Counted from the first letter of the stretch, positions 1-8,979 are shown. The stretch: DNA of 26,915 nt from Planctomycetota bacterium (GCA_045863855.1 BTVV01000081.1:1-26915), one strand, 5' to 3'. Translations and numbers: made by a program. The notes: generated by a model not told the origin, from the letters alone.

Positions 1-55
1 GTCAGCTTGTCCTGCTGACAAGCAGGCACGTTGTGTTCGCATTCTTGGTAAGCCT

Positions 56-1036
56 TCAGTTCACCTTATTTCGTTCGCGCCCCGCTTCGAAGGCTTTCAG
101 ATTCTCGAAGACGCCGTCGAGCAATCGCTGCCGCGATTCGAGCGTGCTCCAGGCGGTGTGCGGCGTCAGGATCAGATTATCGAGCTCCTGGGCCGCGCGC
201 AGAAGCGGGTGTTCGCGCGGCGGCGGCTCGACGGTGCAGACGTCGAAGCCCGCGCCGGCCAGGCGCTTCGACTTCAGCGCCGCGATCAGCGCCGTCTCTT
301 GCACGATCCCGCCGCGCGCGGTGTTGATCAAGAACGCGCTCGACTTCATCAAGCCCAGTTCGCGCGAGCCGATCAGATCCTTCGTCTCGGGTGTGAGCGG
401 ACAGTGCAAGCTCACCGCGTCGGACTTTCGCAGCACCTCGTCGAAGGGCGTGCGCCCCGCGGGCGCTTCGGCGGAACCTTTGCGTCCGGCGATCAGGATG
501 TTCATCCCGAAGCCGCGCGCGATCTGCTCCACGTTTCGCGCGATATCGCCGTACCCGATCAGGCCCAGCGTCTTGCCGGACAGCTCGACGCACGGATACG
601 TGAGCCGGCAGAAGAAGGGGCTCCCCGCCCACGCGGCTTCGCGGCGGTTGTCTTCGGCGTAGCGTCCGGCGTGGTTGCAGAGTTCCAGCAAGAGCGCGAA
701 GGCGTGCTGCGCGACGCCGGAGCCGCTGTAGCCGGCCACGTTGCAGACGGGGATCCCGCGCGCCTTCGCGGCGGCCAGATCGACGTTGTTCGTGCCCGTG
801 GCCGCGACGGCAATCACTTTCAGCGTCTCTTTCGCCGCGTCCATCGCCGCCGCGTCGATCAGGACTTTGTTCGAAATCACCGCCTCATGCCCGGCGAGCC
901 GCGCCGCCGTCTCGGCCGAATTCGTCACCCGATGAAACGTGCACGCATAGCGTTGCTCAAAGGCTGCGAACGAGACGTCCTCGCGGTCGAAGGTCGCCGC
1001 ATCGAGGAAGACCACTTTCCACGCGGACTCGGGCAT
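56..1036 (-). CDS. hprA: D-2-hydroxyacid dehydrogenase (glycerate dehydrogenase / hydroxypyruvate reductase-like)
   Basis: 326 aa. VAATGTNNVDL substrate-domain motif, LIGYGDIA Rossmann motif, LHCPLTPET, INTARGG, DV..EP and TPHTAW catalytic R/E/H residues. AAGGAG RBS upstream. Confidence 0.88.
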   Translation of the reverse strand: MPESAWKVVFLDAATFDREDVSFAAFEQRYACTFHRVTNSAETAARLAGHEAVISNKVLIDAAAMDAAKETLKVIAVAATGTNNVDLAAAKARGIPVCNVAGYSGSGVAQHAFALLLELCNHAGRYAEDNRREAAWAGSPFFCRLTYPCVELSGKTLGLIGYGDIARNVEQIARGFGMNILIAGRKGSAEAPAGRTPFDEVLRKSDAVSLHCPLTPETKDLIGSRELGLMKSSAFLINTARGGIVQETALIAALKSKRLAGAGFDVCTVEPPPREHPLLRAAQELDNLILTPHTAWSTLESRQRLLDGVFENLKAFEAGRERNKVN

Positions 1037-1258
1037 TCCGGCGCTCCTTATAGAAACGGCATCGAGCGGCTCAGTCTAGCGCGCGAGGCGGGTTCGTCCA
1101 AAGCCGGGTCATGCACCTTGTGTCTCCAAAAATGAAGCTGAACGTAACCCACCAGCTTGCGTCGACCAATTGAGGGACTTGCTCAAAGAGGTGCAGCAGA
1201 AGCACTCGGTCCTTGGTCTTTAAAGGTGGCTCATCAGGACCTGCAAGGGGGAAGCTCG

Positions 1259-2389
1259 ATGATTGCACGTGTGCTATGGGTGGCCGGGGTACTGGCGTTG
1301 CTCGGCGGAACGGGGCTCCACGCCGCTCAAACCGACGCCGCGCGCGTTCAGCAGCGCGTTGCCGGCGCGCGGAAGAACCTCGAATCGCTCACCCGCTTCC
1401 TCACCGAAAAGGCCAAGGTCGACCTGCTGACCAAGACCTTCGAAGAACATCACAAGCTCGCCGCCGACGCGCACGGCTTCCTGTTCGACAACACCAAGTA
1501 CGCGATTCCGGCCAAGGCCTTCAGCGGTTGGAACCCCTACAAGGACATCCAGCCCGGCCACGAAGACATGGAGAAGCTCGTCGAGCCCACGGTCGCGAAG
1601 TACGGCGAGTTGATGACGCTTCTCACGGCGGCAATGGGTACGCGGCCCGAGACGATCGGTTCGGCCAAAGGCAACAAGCAGGCCGCACACATCCGCTTCT
1701 ACACGCTCGCTTCCGCGCTGAGCACGTTCGAACAGTGGACGCCGCAGTTCAAGGTCAAGTACGAGGCCTACCAGAAGGCGCGCGAGGAACTGGCCAGCAC
1801 GCAGACGCCGGACACCGACGAGACGAAACTCACGGCGCTCCAGCAGGCGCTCGGCGAACTGGCCTCGGGCCGCTACGCCGAAGCGAAGTCGGCCGGCGCG
1901 GCGCTGAGCGGGCTCGAGAAGGAGTTCTTCCGCACGGTCTGCGAATACGAGGTGCTGCGCTGGAACCGCGTGAATCTGCACGGGCACGACGCGAACACGC
2001 AGAAAGGCATCGAAGTGATGAACCTGTACCGCATGTCGATCGATCTGCGCCCGCTGGCGCATCACCCCAAGCTGCGCGAGATGGCGCAGGACTTCGCGCA
2101 GGAGCAGAACACGAAGAAGTTCTTCGGGCACGTGCATCCGTCGGACCCGACGCGCAAGAACTTCGGCGACCGCGCCAAGCGCGTGGGCTACACGGCCGGG
2201 ACGAGCGAGAATTGCGCGAGCTTCGGCGGCGACTGCGTGAACTCGGTCTGGATGTGGCGGACCGACGCCGGGCACCACCGCGGGATGATCGGGAAAAGCT
2301 TCAACGAAGTGGGCCTGGGATCGGTCAGCACCGCGGTGCTTAACCCGGGGAACGGCAAGGAAAGCGAAGTGTTGAAGTTGTTTTTCTAA
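1259..2389 (+). CDS. Secreted protein with C-terminal CAP (SCP/Antigen 5/PR-1) domain
   Basis: Start moved to ATG 1259 (MIARVLWVAGVLALLGGTGLHA, signal-peptide-like, G-rich RBS). The C-terminus has NLYR...L.PL...KL..MAQ, FFGH, R.KRVGY, ENCA, W....GHHRGMI...EVGLG, which follows the bacterial CAP pattern. Confidence 0.75.
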   Translation: MIARVLWVAGVLALLGGTGLHAAQTDAARVQQRVAGARKNLESLTRFLTEKAKVDLLTKTFEEHHKLAADAHGFLFDNTKYAIPAKAFSGWNPYKDIQPGHEDMEKLVEPTVAKYGELMTLLTAAMGTRPETIGSAKGNKQAAHIRFYTLASALSTFEQWTPQFKVKYEAYQKAREELASTQTPDTDETKLTALQQALGELASGRYAEAKSAGAALSGLEKEFFRTVCEYEVLRWNRVNLHGHDANTQKGIEVMNLYRMSIDLRPLAHHPKLREMAQDFAQEQNTKKFFGHVHPSDPTRKNFGDRAKRVGYTAGTSENCASFGGDCVNSVWMWRTDAGHHRGMIGKSFNEVGLGSVSTAVLNPGNGKESEVLKLFF

Positions 2390-2421
2390 GTAGTTCACTC
2401 AATAGGAGCGGACAGGGGTTC

Positions 2422-3456
2422 TCATTTCTCCAAGTCAATTTCATCCACGGTTAGTTCATCCGTAAAAATTAACCACGGCGTTGCACTGGCAATGAGGTTA
2501 TTGGCATAGATCATGTGCCCCACATCCCCTGGATGCACTCCATCAACGAGGAATTCAGCGCACGGTGGAAGCAGGTCCTCCCAAGGGATGCAATGAGCAT
2601 TATCGAAATCGGCTACCACTTGCCTTAATTCGGCACGATATTGTGCGAGGGTCTGACCCGCCTTATTAGGCTTACCCTCCGGACCATCTGCTTGGGTTCG
2701 CCATAGCGGCTCAAGAACCGATAGGACGGCTTGTGGCCAGAGGCTCCGTACCCGTTCCAGGTACCTTTGAGCCAAGTCGCAAGGCAGTCCACCGGACCAG
2801 TCGTTCGTTCCATAGGCAATGACGATATTATTAACGTACTCGACCGGCGGTTCGGGAAGACTGTCTGCCGCAAACACGGCTCCCCCGATCCCGTAGTTAT
2901 AATGTCTTTGGCCAAGCCATTTGGATACTCTCATCGCGTACCCGAACGACGGATGCGTGGCATCCATGCCTTGCGTGATCGAATCGCCCAAGAACAACAT
3001 CTCGGCACCTCGAACCGGCGCCGGCTCGAAGCTCGCACCATCCGGCAGCGCCACTTCGTGAAGCACCGTCGGCCGCGCGTGCGGCAGCCAGAGTTCCACG
3101 CGGCGGCGTTCGCGCACGCCCGCCGGCCCGCACGGCAACTCGCCCTCCAGGCGCTCCGGCGCATCGGCCGCGCCCAGCGTCCCGGTAAAGACCCCGCCCG
3201 CGTACAGATCGAAGTAGCCGCACTTGCGCGCGCCGGGCAGCACGTCCGCGCGAACGCGCACGAAATCGGCGTCGGTGAAGAAGTCCAGCCGCACGCCCGC
3301 CGGGCAGCGCGAACGGACTTCCCAGCCGTCGCGCTGAGCGTAGTACTTCAAGGCCGCGTCGCCGAAGCGCAGGAACTGCAGCGCGCCGGCGGCCTCTCGA
3401 GTTTGCACGCAGCCGCGCGCGCATGCGCGCAGTTCGTCGGGTGTGAGTTTTCGCAT
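2422..3456 (-). CDS. SGNH/GDSL hydrolase with N-terminal beta-sandwich-like domain
   Basis: All four SGNH blocks present: FLGDSITQG, NYGIGG, AYGTND, DGVHP. Confidence 0.88.
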   Translation of the reverse strand: MRKLTPDELRACARGCVQTREAAGALQFLRFGDAALKYYAQRDGWEVRSRCPAGVRLDFFTDADFVRVRADVLPGARKCGYFDLYAGGVFTGTLGAADAPERLEGELPCGPAGVRERRRVELWLPHARPTVLHEVALPDGASFEPAPVRGAEMLFLGDSITQGMDATHPSFGYAMRVSKWLGQRHYNYGIGGAVFAADSLPEPPVEYVNNIVIAYGTNDWSGGLPCDLAQRYLERVRSLWPQAVLSVLEPLWRTQADGPEGKPNKAGQTLAQYRAELRQVVADFDNAHCIPWEDLLPPCAEFLVDGVHPGDVGHMIYANNLIASATPWLIFTDELTVDEIDLEK

Positions 3457-3591
3457 GCCCCCGCTTTTAGCTCATCGCTCCCGGCTGAAAAGAGCTTTCG
3501 GCGCACGCGCGCCAGCGGGCGAGTCTGGCAACTTCCATGCGCTGCCGGTAGGCTCTTTTGTCCGTAGCAATCAAAAGGAGCGCCGCCGACG

Positions 3592-4977
3592 ATGCCCAAG
3601 CCGAATTTCATCGTGTACCTCACCGACGATCAGGGCTATGGCGATCTTTCGTGCATGGGCGCGACGGATTTCGTGACGCCGCACCTCGACGCCTTGGCCG
3701 CTCGCGGTGCGCGCTGCGCCGATTGGTACAGCAACTCGCCCGTCAGCAGCCCGTCGCGCGCGTCGCTGCTCACCGGCCGCTATCCGGGCCACGCCGGCGT
3801 CCGCGCGATCCTGGCCGGACACCGTACGGCGACGGGCCTGCCCGCCAACGTCCCCGCGTTGCCCAAGGCGCTCAAGAAGCTCGGCTATCAGACTGCGCTC
3901 TTCGGCAAATGGCACCTGGGGACGCTCGAAGCCTGCCAGCCGCAGAGCCACGGCTTCGACACGTGGTACGGGCACCTCGCCGGATGCATCGATTATTACT
4001 CGCACATCTTTTACTGGGGCATGAACAAACCCGGCCCGGGCATCAACCCGACCCACGATCTCTGGGACAACGGGCGCGAGGTCTTCGAGAACGGCGCGTA
4101 CTTCACGGAACTGATCGTCGAGAAGGCCATCGCCTGGATCCGGCAGGCCGCGCGCGACGGGCGCCCGTTCTTCCTCTACCTGCCCTTTAACGCGCCGCAT
4201 TACCCGATGCACGCGCCGAAGAAGTACGTCGACCGCTTCGCGCACCTGGCGCCCGACCGGCGCATCATGGCCGCGATGATCTCCGCCGTCGACGACGCCG
4301 TCGGCGAGATCAACGCCGAACTCGTCCGGCTGGGCGTGCGCGAGAACACCTGCCAGTTCTTCATGGCCGACAACGGGCCGTCGCGCGAGACGCGCAACTG
4401 GCTCGACGGGCGCAGCGATCCGTACTACGGCGGCACGGCCGGCAAACTGAAAGGGCATAAGTTCAGCCTCTACGAAGGCGGGATGCGCGTGCCGGGGATC
4501 TGGTCCTGGCCGGCGCGGATTCCAGGCGGGCAGGTGCTCAGCGGATCGGCCGGCATCGGCGCGGCGATGGACGTCTTCCCCACGCTGCTGCGCGCAGCGG
4601 GCGGCGATCCGTCCGCCTACGAACTCGACGGCTCCGATCTTCTGCCCATGCTCGCCGATGGCCAGCCCTCGCCGCACGCGAATACCGACCTCTATTGGGA
4701 GATGAACGGGCAGACGGCCGTCCGGCGCGGCAAGTGGAAGCTGGTGCTCCACGGCCAGCTGGTCGAAGGTGCGCCGCCCGAAGACAGCGTGCACCTCAGC
4801 GATCTCGAAGCCGATATGGGCGAACGCACGAACTTGAAGGATAAACACCCCGAACTGGCCCGTGAACTGACCGCCGCGGCGGAGACCTGGCGCGCGGCGC
4901 TGGAGGCGCGCTGGAAGCGCGATTACGTGCCCGAAGCGCAAGGCATCACGGCGTTGGACGGGAAAGCCAAGGCGTAG
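3592..4977 (+). CDS. Formylglycine-dependent (S1) sulfatase, Ser-type signature, no signal peptide
   Basis: PNFIVYLTDDQGYGDL, SSPSRASLLTGRYP, GKWHLG, NAPHYP, ADNG, LKGHKFSLYEGGMRVP. AAGGAG RBS. Confidence 0.93.
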   Translation: MPKPNFIVYLTDDQGYGDLSCMGATDFVTPHLDALAARGARCADWYSNSPVSSPSRASLLTGRYPGHAGVRAILAGHRTATGLPANVPALPKALKKLGYQTALFGKWHLGTLEACQPQSHGFDTWYGHLAGCIDYYSHIFYWGMNKPGPGINPTHDLWDNGREVFENGAYFTELIVEKAIAWIRQAARDGRPFFLYLPFNAPHYPMHAPKKYVDRFAHLAPDRRIMAAMISAVDDAVGEINAELVRLGVRENTCQFFMADNGPSRETRNWLDGRSDPYYGGTAGKLKGHKFSLYEGGMRVPGIWSWPARIPGGQVLSGSAGIGAAMDVFPTLLRAAGGDPSAYELDGSDLLPMLADGQPSPHANTDLYWEMNGQTAVRRGKWKLVLHGQLVEGAPPEDSVHLSDLEADMGERTNLKDKHPELARELTAAAETWRAALEARWKRDYVPEAQGITALDGKAKA

Positions 4978-5004
4978 CGCTCAGAGCTACGGTAAAACCC
5001 TCGC

Positions 5005-5907
5005 GTGCCCGAATCTCCCGCTTCGCCCGCCGCTCTGCGCGCGGCCGCCGCGCGCGGCGTCCGCGCCACGCTGATCGGCATTGCCGTCAGTTCGCTCCTG
5101 GCCGCGGTTAAAATCGCCGCCGGCATCCTGGGCAACGCCTACGCGCTGATCGCCGACGGGCTCGAATCGATCCTCGATATCTTCTCCGCGCTGGCCGTCT
5201 GGCAGGGTCTGCGGATCGCCGCCGCGCCGCCGGACGAAGAACACCCCTTCGGGCACGGCAAAGCCGAAGCGCTCTCGGCGCTGGCCGCGGCCCTCGCGCT
5301 GCTGGGCGGCGCGATCCTGATCGGCGTGCAGAGCGTCCGCGAGATCCTGACGCCGCACCACGCCCCGGCTCCGTGGACCTTGCTGGTGCTCATCGCCGTC
5401 GTCGCCGCGAAGGAAGCGCTCTTTCGCTTCGGCGACCGCGTCGCCCGCGATGTCGGCAGCACCGCCGTTCGGAGCGACGCCTGGCACCACCGCAGCGACG
5501 CGCTCACCAGCCTCGCCGCGTTCGTGGGCATCGGGCTGGCCTGGTACCTCGGACCGGGCTACGAGGCCGCCGACGATTGGGCCGCGCTCCTGGCCTGCGG
5601 CGTGATCCTCTTCAACGGCGTGAAGCTCTTGCGCACCGCCGTGCGCGAGGTGATGGACACCGCGCCGCCGCCCGAGGTCGAAGCCGAAGTCCGCCGCCTC
5701 GCCGCGCAGGTCGAAGGCGTCCGCGCGCTCGACAAATGCAAGGTGCTCAAGTCGGGGCTGGCCTACTTCGTCGATTTGCAGATTCGAGTGAACGGCGACC
5801 TGAGCGTGCGCGAAGGGCACGCCATCGCGCACTGCGTCAAGGACGCGCTGATGCAGAGCGCGCTGGGCGTGCTGGACGTGGCCGTACACGTGGAGCCGAC
5901 GGAATAG
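5005..5907 (+). CDS. Cation diffusion facilitator (FieF-like) transporter
   Basis: ALIADGLESILD, PPDEEHPFGHGKAE, DAWHHRSD, six hydrophobic segments, C-terminal dimerisation domain ending VHVEP. GTG start. Confidence 0.92.
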   Translation: MPESPASPAALRAAAARGVRATLIGIAVSSLLAAVKIAAGILGNAYALIADGLESILDIFSALAVWQGLRIAAAPPDEEHPFGHGKAEALSALAAALALLGGAILIGVQSVREILTPHHAPAPWTLLVLIAVVAAKEALFRFGDRVARDVGSTAVRSDAWHHRSDALTSLAAFVGIGLAWYLGPGYEAADDWAALLACGVILFNGVKLLRTAVREVMDTAPPPEVEAEVRRLAAQVEGVRALDKCKVLKSGLAYFVDLQIRVNGDLSVREGHAIAHCVKDALMQSALGVLDVAVHVEPTE

Positions 5908-5928
5908 CGATCGGCGCGCAAGCGCGCC

Positions 5929-6591
5929 TCACTCCTTAGGCGGTTTGCGTTTGCGCGAACGCGGCGTGCGCTGACTGCGTCCGGCGGACTTGAAACCCGG
6001 CACCGGCGACGCGGGCGACTTCTCGCCCAGCAGCTTCACCAGCGCTTCGACGATCTCCGGAGGCTCGACCAAGCGCCCCGAGCCCGTCATCCCGCAGGCC
6101 AGATCGCCCTTCGACGGACCCAGCACACGATGCCCGAAGCCCACCAGCGTGCGGACGTTGCGCTGCGTCGCGGGGTGCTCCCACATCTGCACGTTCATCG
6201 CGGGGCAGATCAGGACCGGCGCGCGGACGCTGAGCATCAAGGTGGACAGGAGATCGTCGGCCAGTCCGTGCGCCAGACGCGCGATCAGGTTCGCCGTCGC
6301 CGGCGCCAAGACCACCAAGTCGGCCTCGCGCGCAGGGTCGATATGCGGATACGGCGTCCGTCCGGGCTCGAGCCGCCGGAACTGCCCGGTCAGGCAAGGG
6401 CGCCCGGTGAGCGCCTCGAAGGTGTAGGGCGTGACGAAACGCCGGGCGCTGCGCGTCAGTACGGCCGTGACCACGGCGCGCTCTTTGACCAGGCGGCTGG
6501 CGAGATCGCAGACTTTGTACGCGGCAATCCCGCCGCCCACGCCGAGCAGGATGCGCTTGCCTTCCAGTCGCGGCGGTTTGGCCTCGGTCAC
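5929..6591 (-). CDS. coaC: Phosphopantothenoylcysteine decarboxylase (stand-alone CoaC flavoprotein)
   Basis: GVGGGIAAYK, APATANLIARLAHGLADDLLST, PAMNVQMW, LACG..G.GRL. No fused CoaB domain. Lies in the conserved gmk-rpoZ-coaBC order. Confidence 0.9.
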   Translation of the reverse strand: MTEAKPPRLEGKRILLGVGGGIAAYKVCDLASRLVKERAVVTAVLTRSARRFVTPYTFEALTGRPCLTGQFRRLEPGRTPYPHIDPAREADLVVLAPATANLIARLAHGLADDLLSTLMLSVRAPVLICPAMNVQMWEHPATQRNVRTLVGFGHRVLGPSKGDLACGMTGSGRLVEPPEIVEALVKLLGEKSPASPVPGFKSAGRSQRTPRSRKRKPPKE

Positions 6592-6620
6592 GGTGCGGCC
6601 CTCGGCAGGATGCTGCGAGC

Positions 6621-6758
6621 GCTAAGCGGTCTTACCTAAGTCTTTTGACCTCGCCTTGGCCGTTTCCCCTCCATGCTAAGGAGGGGGTAGGGGAGGTGGA
6701 CTCCACTAGCCGCGCGAAGCGCGCCCCATAACGAAAAAGTTAAGCGAGACCGCTTAGC
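6621..6758. mobile_element. Putative MITE-like element with 25-bp imperfect terminal inverted repeats and an internal REP-like hairpin
   Basis: 6621-6645 and the reverse complement of 6734-6758 match at 20/25, with the outer 12 bp perfect (GCTAAGCGGTCT). Internal CCCCTCC-N7-GGAGGGG hairpin at 6666-6686. Confidence 0.55.
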
Positions 6759-6763
6759 CGGAC

Positions 6764-7102
6764 TTACTCGAGGCCCAGCGGCTTCTCGGGCGCGGGGGCT
6801 ACCGGAGCGGGCGCCGGCGCGGGAGCAGCCGCGGCTTCCTTCGGCAACTCGGCCTCTTCCTTCGCGGCCTGCTCGCGGCGGATCTTCTCGGCTTCTTCGC
6901 CGACGATCAGATCGACCTTGCCCTCGAGAATCTCGCGCGCGACGAGATCCCAGAGATCCTGTTCTTCCTCGATCTTGACGTCCAGCAGCGGCGGCAGCCC
7001 GCGCACGAGCTCGCGCATGCGGCGCTGGAACAGCACCACCGCCTTGTAGGTGCTCCCGCACTTCGCCAGAATCTTCGCCTGAGTGTCCGGAGTAATGGCC
7101 AC
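6764..7102 (-). CDS. rpoZ: RNA polymerase omega subunit with Ala/Pro-rich C-terminal tail
   Basis: GTG start at 7102 after a GAGGAG RBS, 112 aa. GSTYKAVVLFQRRMREL...PLL...VAREILEGKV omega pattern. Lies between gmk and coaC. Confidence 0.85.
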   Translation of the reverse strand: MAITPDTQAKILAKCGSTYKAVVLFQRRMRELVRGLPPLLDVKIEEEQDLWDLVAREILEGKVDLIVGEEAEKIRREQAAKEEAELPKEAAAAPAPAPAPVAPAPEKPLGLE

Positions 7103-7116
7103 GTTCGTCTCCTCTG

Positions 7117-7755
7117 CTACGTCCCGCTCTGAGCGGCCGGTTCCCAGTTCGCGCGAAAAGCGCGTTCGTCGCGCTCGCGCCGCAGGTGCTCGGCCCGCCG
7201 GATCGCCTGCAGGTCCGCCACCGCCCGATCGACGGTATCGTTGCGGACCAAGTACTCGTATTCGCCGATGCGCGCGACTTCCGCCCGCGCCGTCGCCAGC
7301 CGCCGGGCCACCGTCGCCGCGTCTTCCGTCCCGCGGTCTTTCAACCGCCGTTCCAGCTCCGCCGGCGTCGGAGGCGTCACGAAGATCGCCACCGTGCGCG
7401 GATACGGCCAAACCTTGCGCACCTGCGCGACGCCCTGCACGTCGATGTCCTTCACGACATCGATGCCCGCGTCCAGCTTCGCCTCGACTTGCGCGCGCAG
7501 CGTCCCGTAAAAATCGCGGCCGAACACCACCGCGTGCTCCAGGAACGCACCCGCCGCCAGTTCGCGCTCGAAACGCGCCCGGTCCCAAAAACGATACGCC
7601 ACGCCATCGGCCTCGCCCGGCCGCGGCGCGCGCGTAGTGACCGAAATGTCCTTCTCCAGCCGGGCCTCGGCTTCGAGCAACCGCTTCAGGAGCGTGGTCT
7701 TGCCCGCGCCGGAAGGGCCGGCCACCAGAAAGAAGATTCCGCCGGGGGCGCCCAT
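7117..7755 (-). CDS. gmk: Guanylate kinase
   Basis: GPSGAGKTT P-loop, SVTTRAPRPGEADGVAYRF, YGT, DIDVQG, IFVTPP, RLKDRGTE. Confidence 0.96.
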   Translation of the reverse strand: MGAPGGIFFLVAGPSGAGKTTLLKRLLEAEARLEKDISVTTRAPRPGEADGVAYRFWDRARFERELAAGAFLEHAVVFGRDFYGTLRAQVEAKLDAGIDVVKDIDVQGVAQVRKVWPYPRTVAIFVTPPTPAELERRLKDRGTEDAATVARRLATARAEVARIGEYEYLVRNDTVDRAVADLQAIRRAEHLRRERDERAFRANWEPAAQSGT

Positions 7756-7766
7756 GGAAGCGGACA

Positions 7767-7795
7767 GTTATACCCGGCCCGACGGGTCCGTGCCA
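7767..7795 (-). promoter_or_regulatory. Putative sigma70-type promoter of gmk-rpoZ-coaC
   Basis: Minus strand TGGCAC-N17-TATAAC, with 11 nt between the -10 box and the gmk ATG. Confidence 0.5.
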
Positions 7796-7825
7796 GTCCG
7801 TCGCGCCGAGGGCCTGACAGCCCCC

Positions 7826-7861
7826 AAAAGAAAACCGCTCCCTGGTGCGGTCAGGGAGCGG
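7826..7861 (-). terminator. Rho-independent terminator after the J-domain gene
   Basis: 10-bp stem CCGCTCCCTG/CAGGGAGCGG, 7-nt loop, followed by TTTTCTTTT on the minus strand. Confidence 0.85.
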
Positions 7862-7900
7862 CGGTCTGGGTCCCGTCGGGTTCGCCCACGGGGCTCAAAA

Positions 7901-8725
7901 CTAGCTGCGCATCGAGAGCTTTTCGCAGATCTTCTGCGCGCCCTTCAGCTTCGGCTCCAGTTCGAACGCGCGCTTGAGGTGCAGCCGCGCCTTCTTCTCC
8001 AGGCTCGCCTTGAAGTAGCTCTCCGCGATCTTCTTATGCAGGTACGCTTCGGTCTTTTTGCTCACGCCCATGCCCATCACCTTCTCGTACACCTTGACGG
8101 CGTCGAGCGGCTTGCAGCGGCGCGCGACCTTCTTGCAGTAGATGTCCCGAATGCGGTCCTTCACCTCTTCGAGGAAGAAGCGCATCGGGCTGTTGCGCTC
8201 TTCGTTGTACACGTTCTCGTAGAAGCGCAGCGCCGCCTGCCACTTCCCCTGGCGCTCGTACTCCTCGCCCAACAGGAATTCGCAGTCGAGATAGTCCTTA
8301 TGGTCCAGGAACTGCCAGACCTCGAAATTCTTGTCCTTCGCCCGCATCCGCTCGTAGATCTCGACGGCATCCTTCGGCGTATCGTTGAGCAGGCTGTAAA
8401 GCACCAGCCGGGCCTGAGCGGCCGGATCTTCGCAGCGCTTGGCCAGGTTTTCCTTGTAGGGATCGCGGCTCGCCTTGAGGTACGGGCGCAGGCGGTTGTC
8501 GTACTCCGTCCGCTCCGACGCGTTCATCAGCGTATCGTACGCGCGCAGCAGCACGCGCATTTTGGCTTCGGCCCACTTCGTATTACCGGAATTGTGATCG
8601 GGGTGGTACTTCTTGGCCAAGCGGCGGAACGAACGCTTAATTTCTTCAGCTTCCGCTTCGGGGCTGACCTCCAGCACCTCGTAGTAATTGATCATCTCGG
8701 TAAACGACTCGGTGAGCACGGTCAT
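7901..8725 (-). CDS. J-domain (DnaJ-like, class C) protein with C-terminal TPR-like repeats
   Basis: NYYEVLEVSPEA..EEIKRSFRRLAKKYHPD...AYDTL...ERTEYD. LLGEEYERQGKWQAALRFY and ARLHLKRAFELEPK are TPR-like. Start uncertain (8725, 8719 or 8695). Confidence 0.85.
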   Translation of the reverse strand: MTVLTESFTEMINYYEVLEVSPEAEAEEIKRSFRRLAKKYHPDHNSGNTKWAEAKMRVLLRAYDTLMNASERTEYDNRLRPYLKASRDPYKENLAKRCEDPAAQARLVLYSLLNDTPKDAVEIYERMRAKDKNFEVWQFLDHKDYLDCEFLLGEEYERQGKWQAALRFYENVYNEERNSPMRFFLEEVKDRIRDIYCKKVARRCKPLDAVKVYEKVMGMGVSKKTEAYLHKKIAESYFKASLEKKARLHLKRAFELEPKLKGAQKICEKLSMRS

Positions 8726-8951
8726 CCCCCCAATGCGTCCGCCCAAAGACTGCGGACCAACACCCTAAAACCTACCTCAAATGCCCGCGATCTCCTTGGC
8801 CCAAACCCCCAAACGGACGGTAAAGCCCCCTGCGGTCAGCGCCGTAAAGCGAGCCGCCGATGAACCATTCCGCGCTTGCGAATGAGGCCGCGTACGAACC
8901 GCACGGCGTGGCCAGCCATCAACTGACTTCTTCGATTTGCTGGCACGGGCT

Positions 8952-8979
8952 ATTCTAGAAAAACCACGTGCGAACGCAA
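8952..8979 (-). promoter_or_regulatory. Putative sigma70 promoter for the J-domain gene
   Basis: Minus strand TTGCGT-N16-TAGAAT. Would imply a ~220-nt 5' leader. Confidence 0.35.

Noticed and set aside
5929..6591. Truncated coaBC pseudogene
   Set aside because: The CoaC domain is complete with its catalytic motifs, and split coaC/coaB genes are a known arrangement.
7103..7588. Long N-terminal extension of the rpoZ ORF
   Set aside because: Out-of-frame overlap with gmk. The RBS and GTG at 7102 give a normal omega start.
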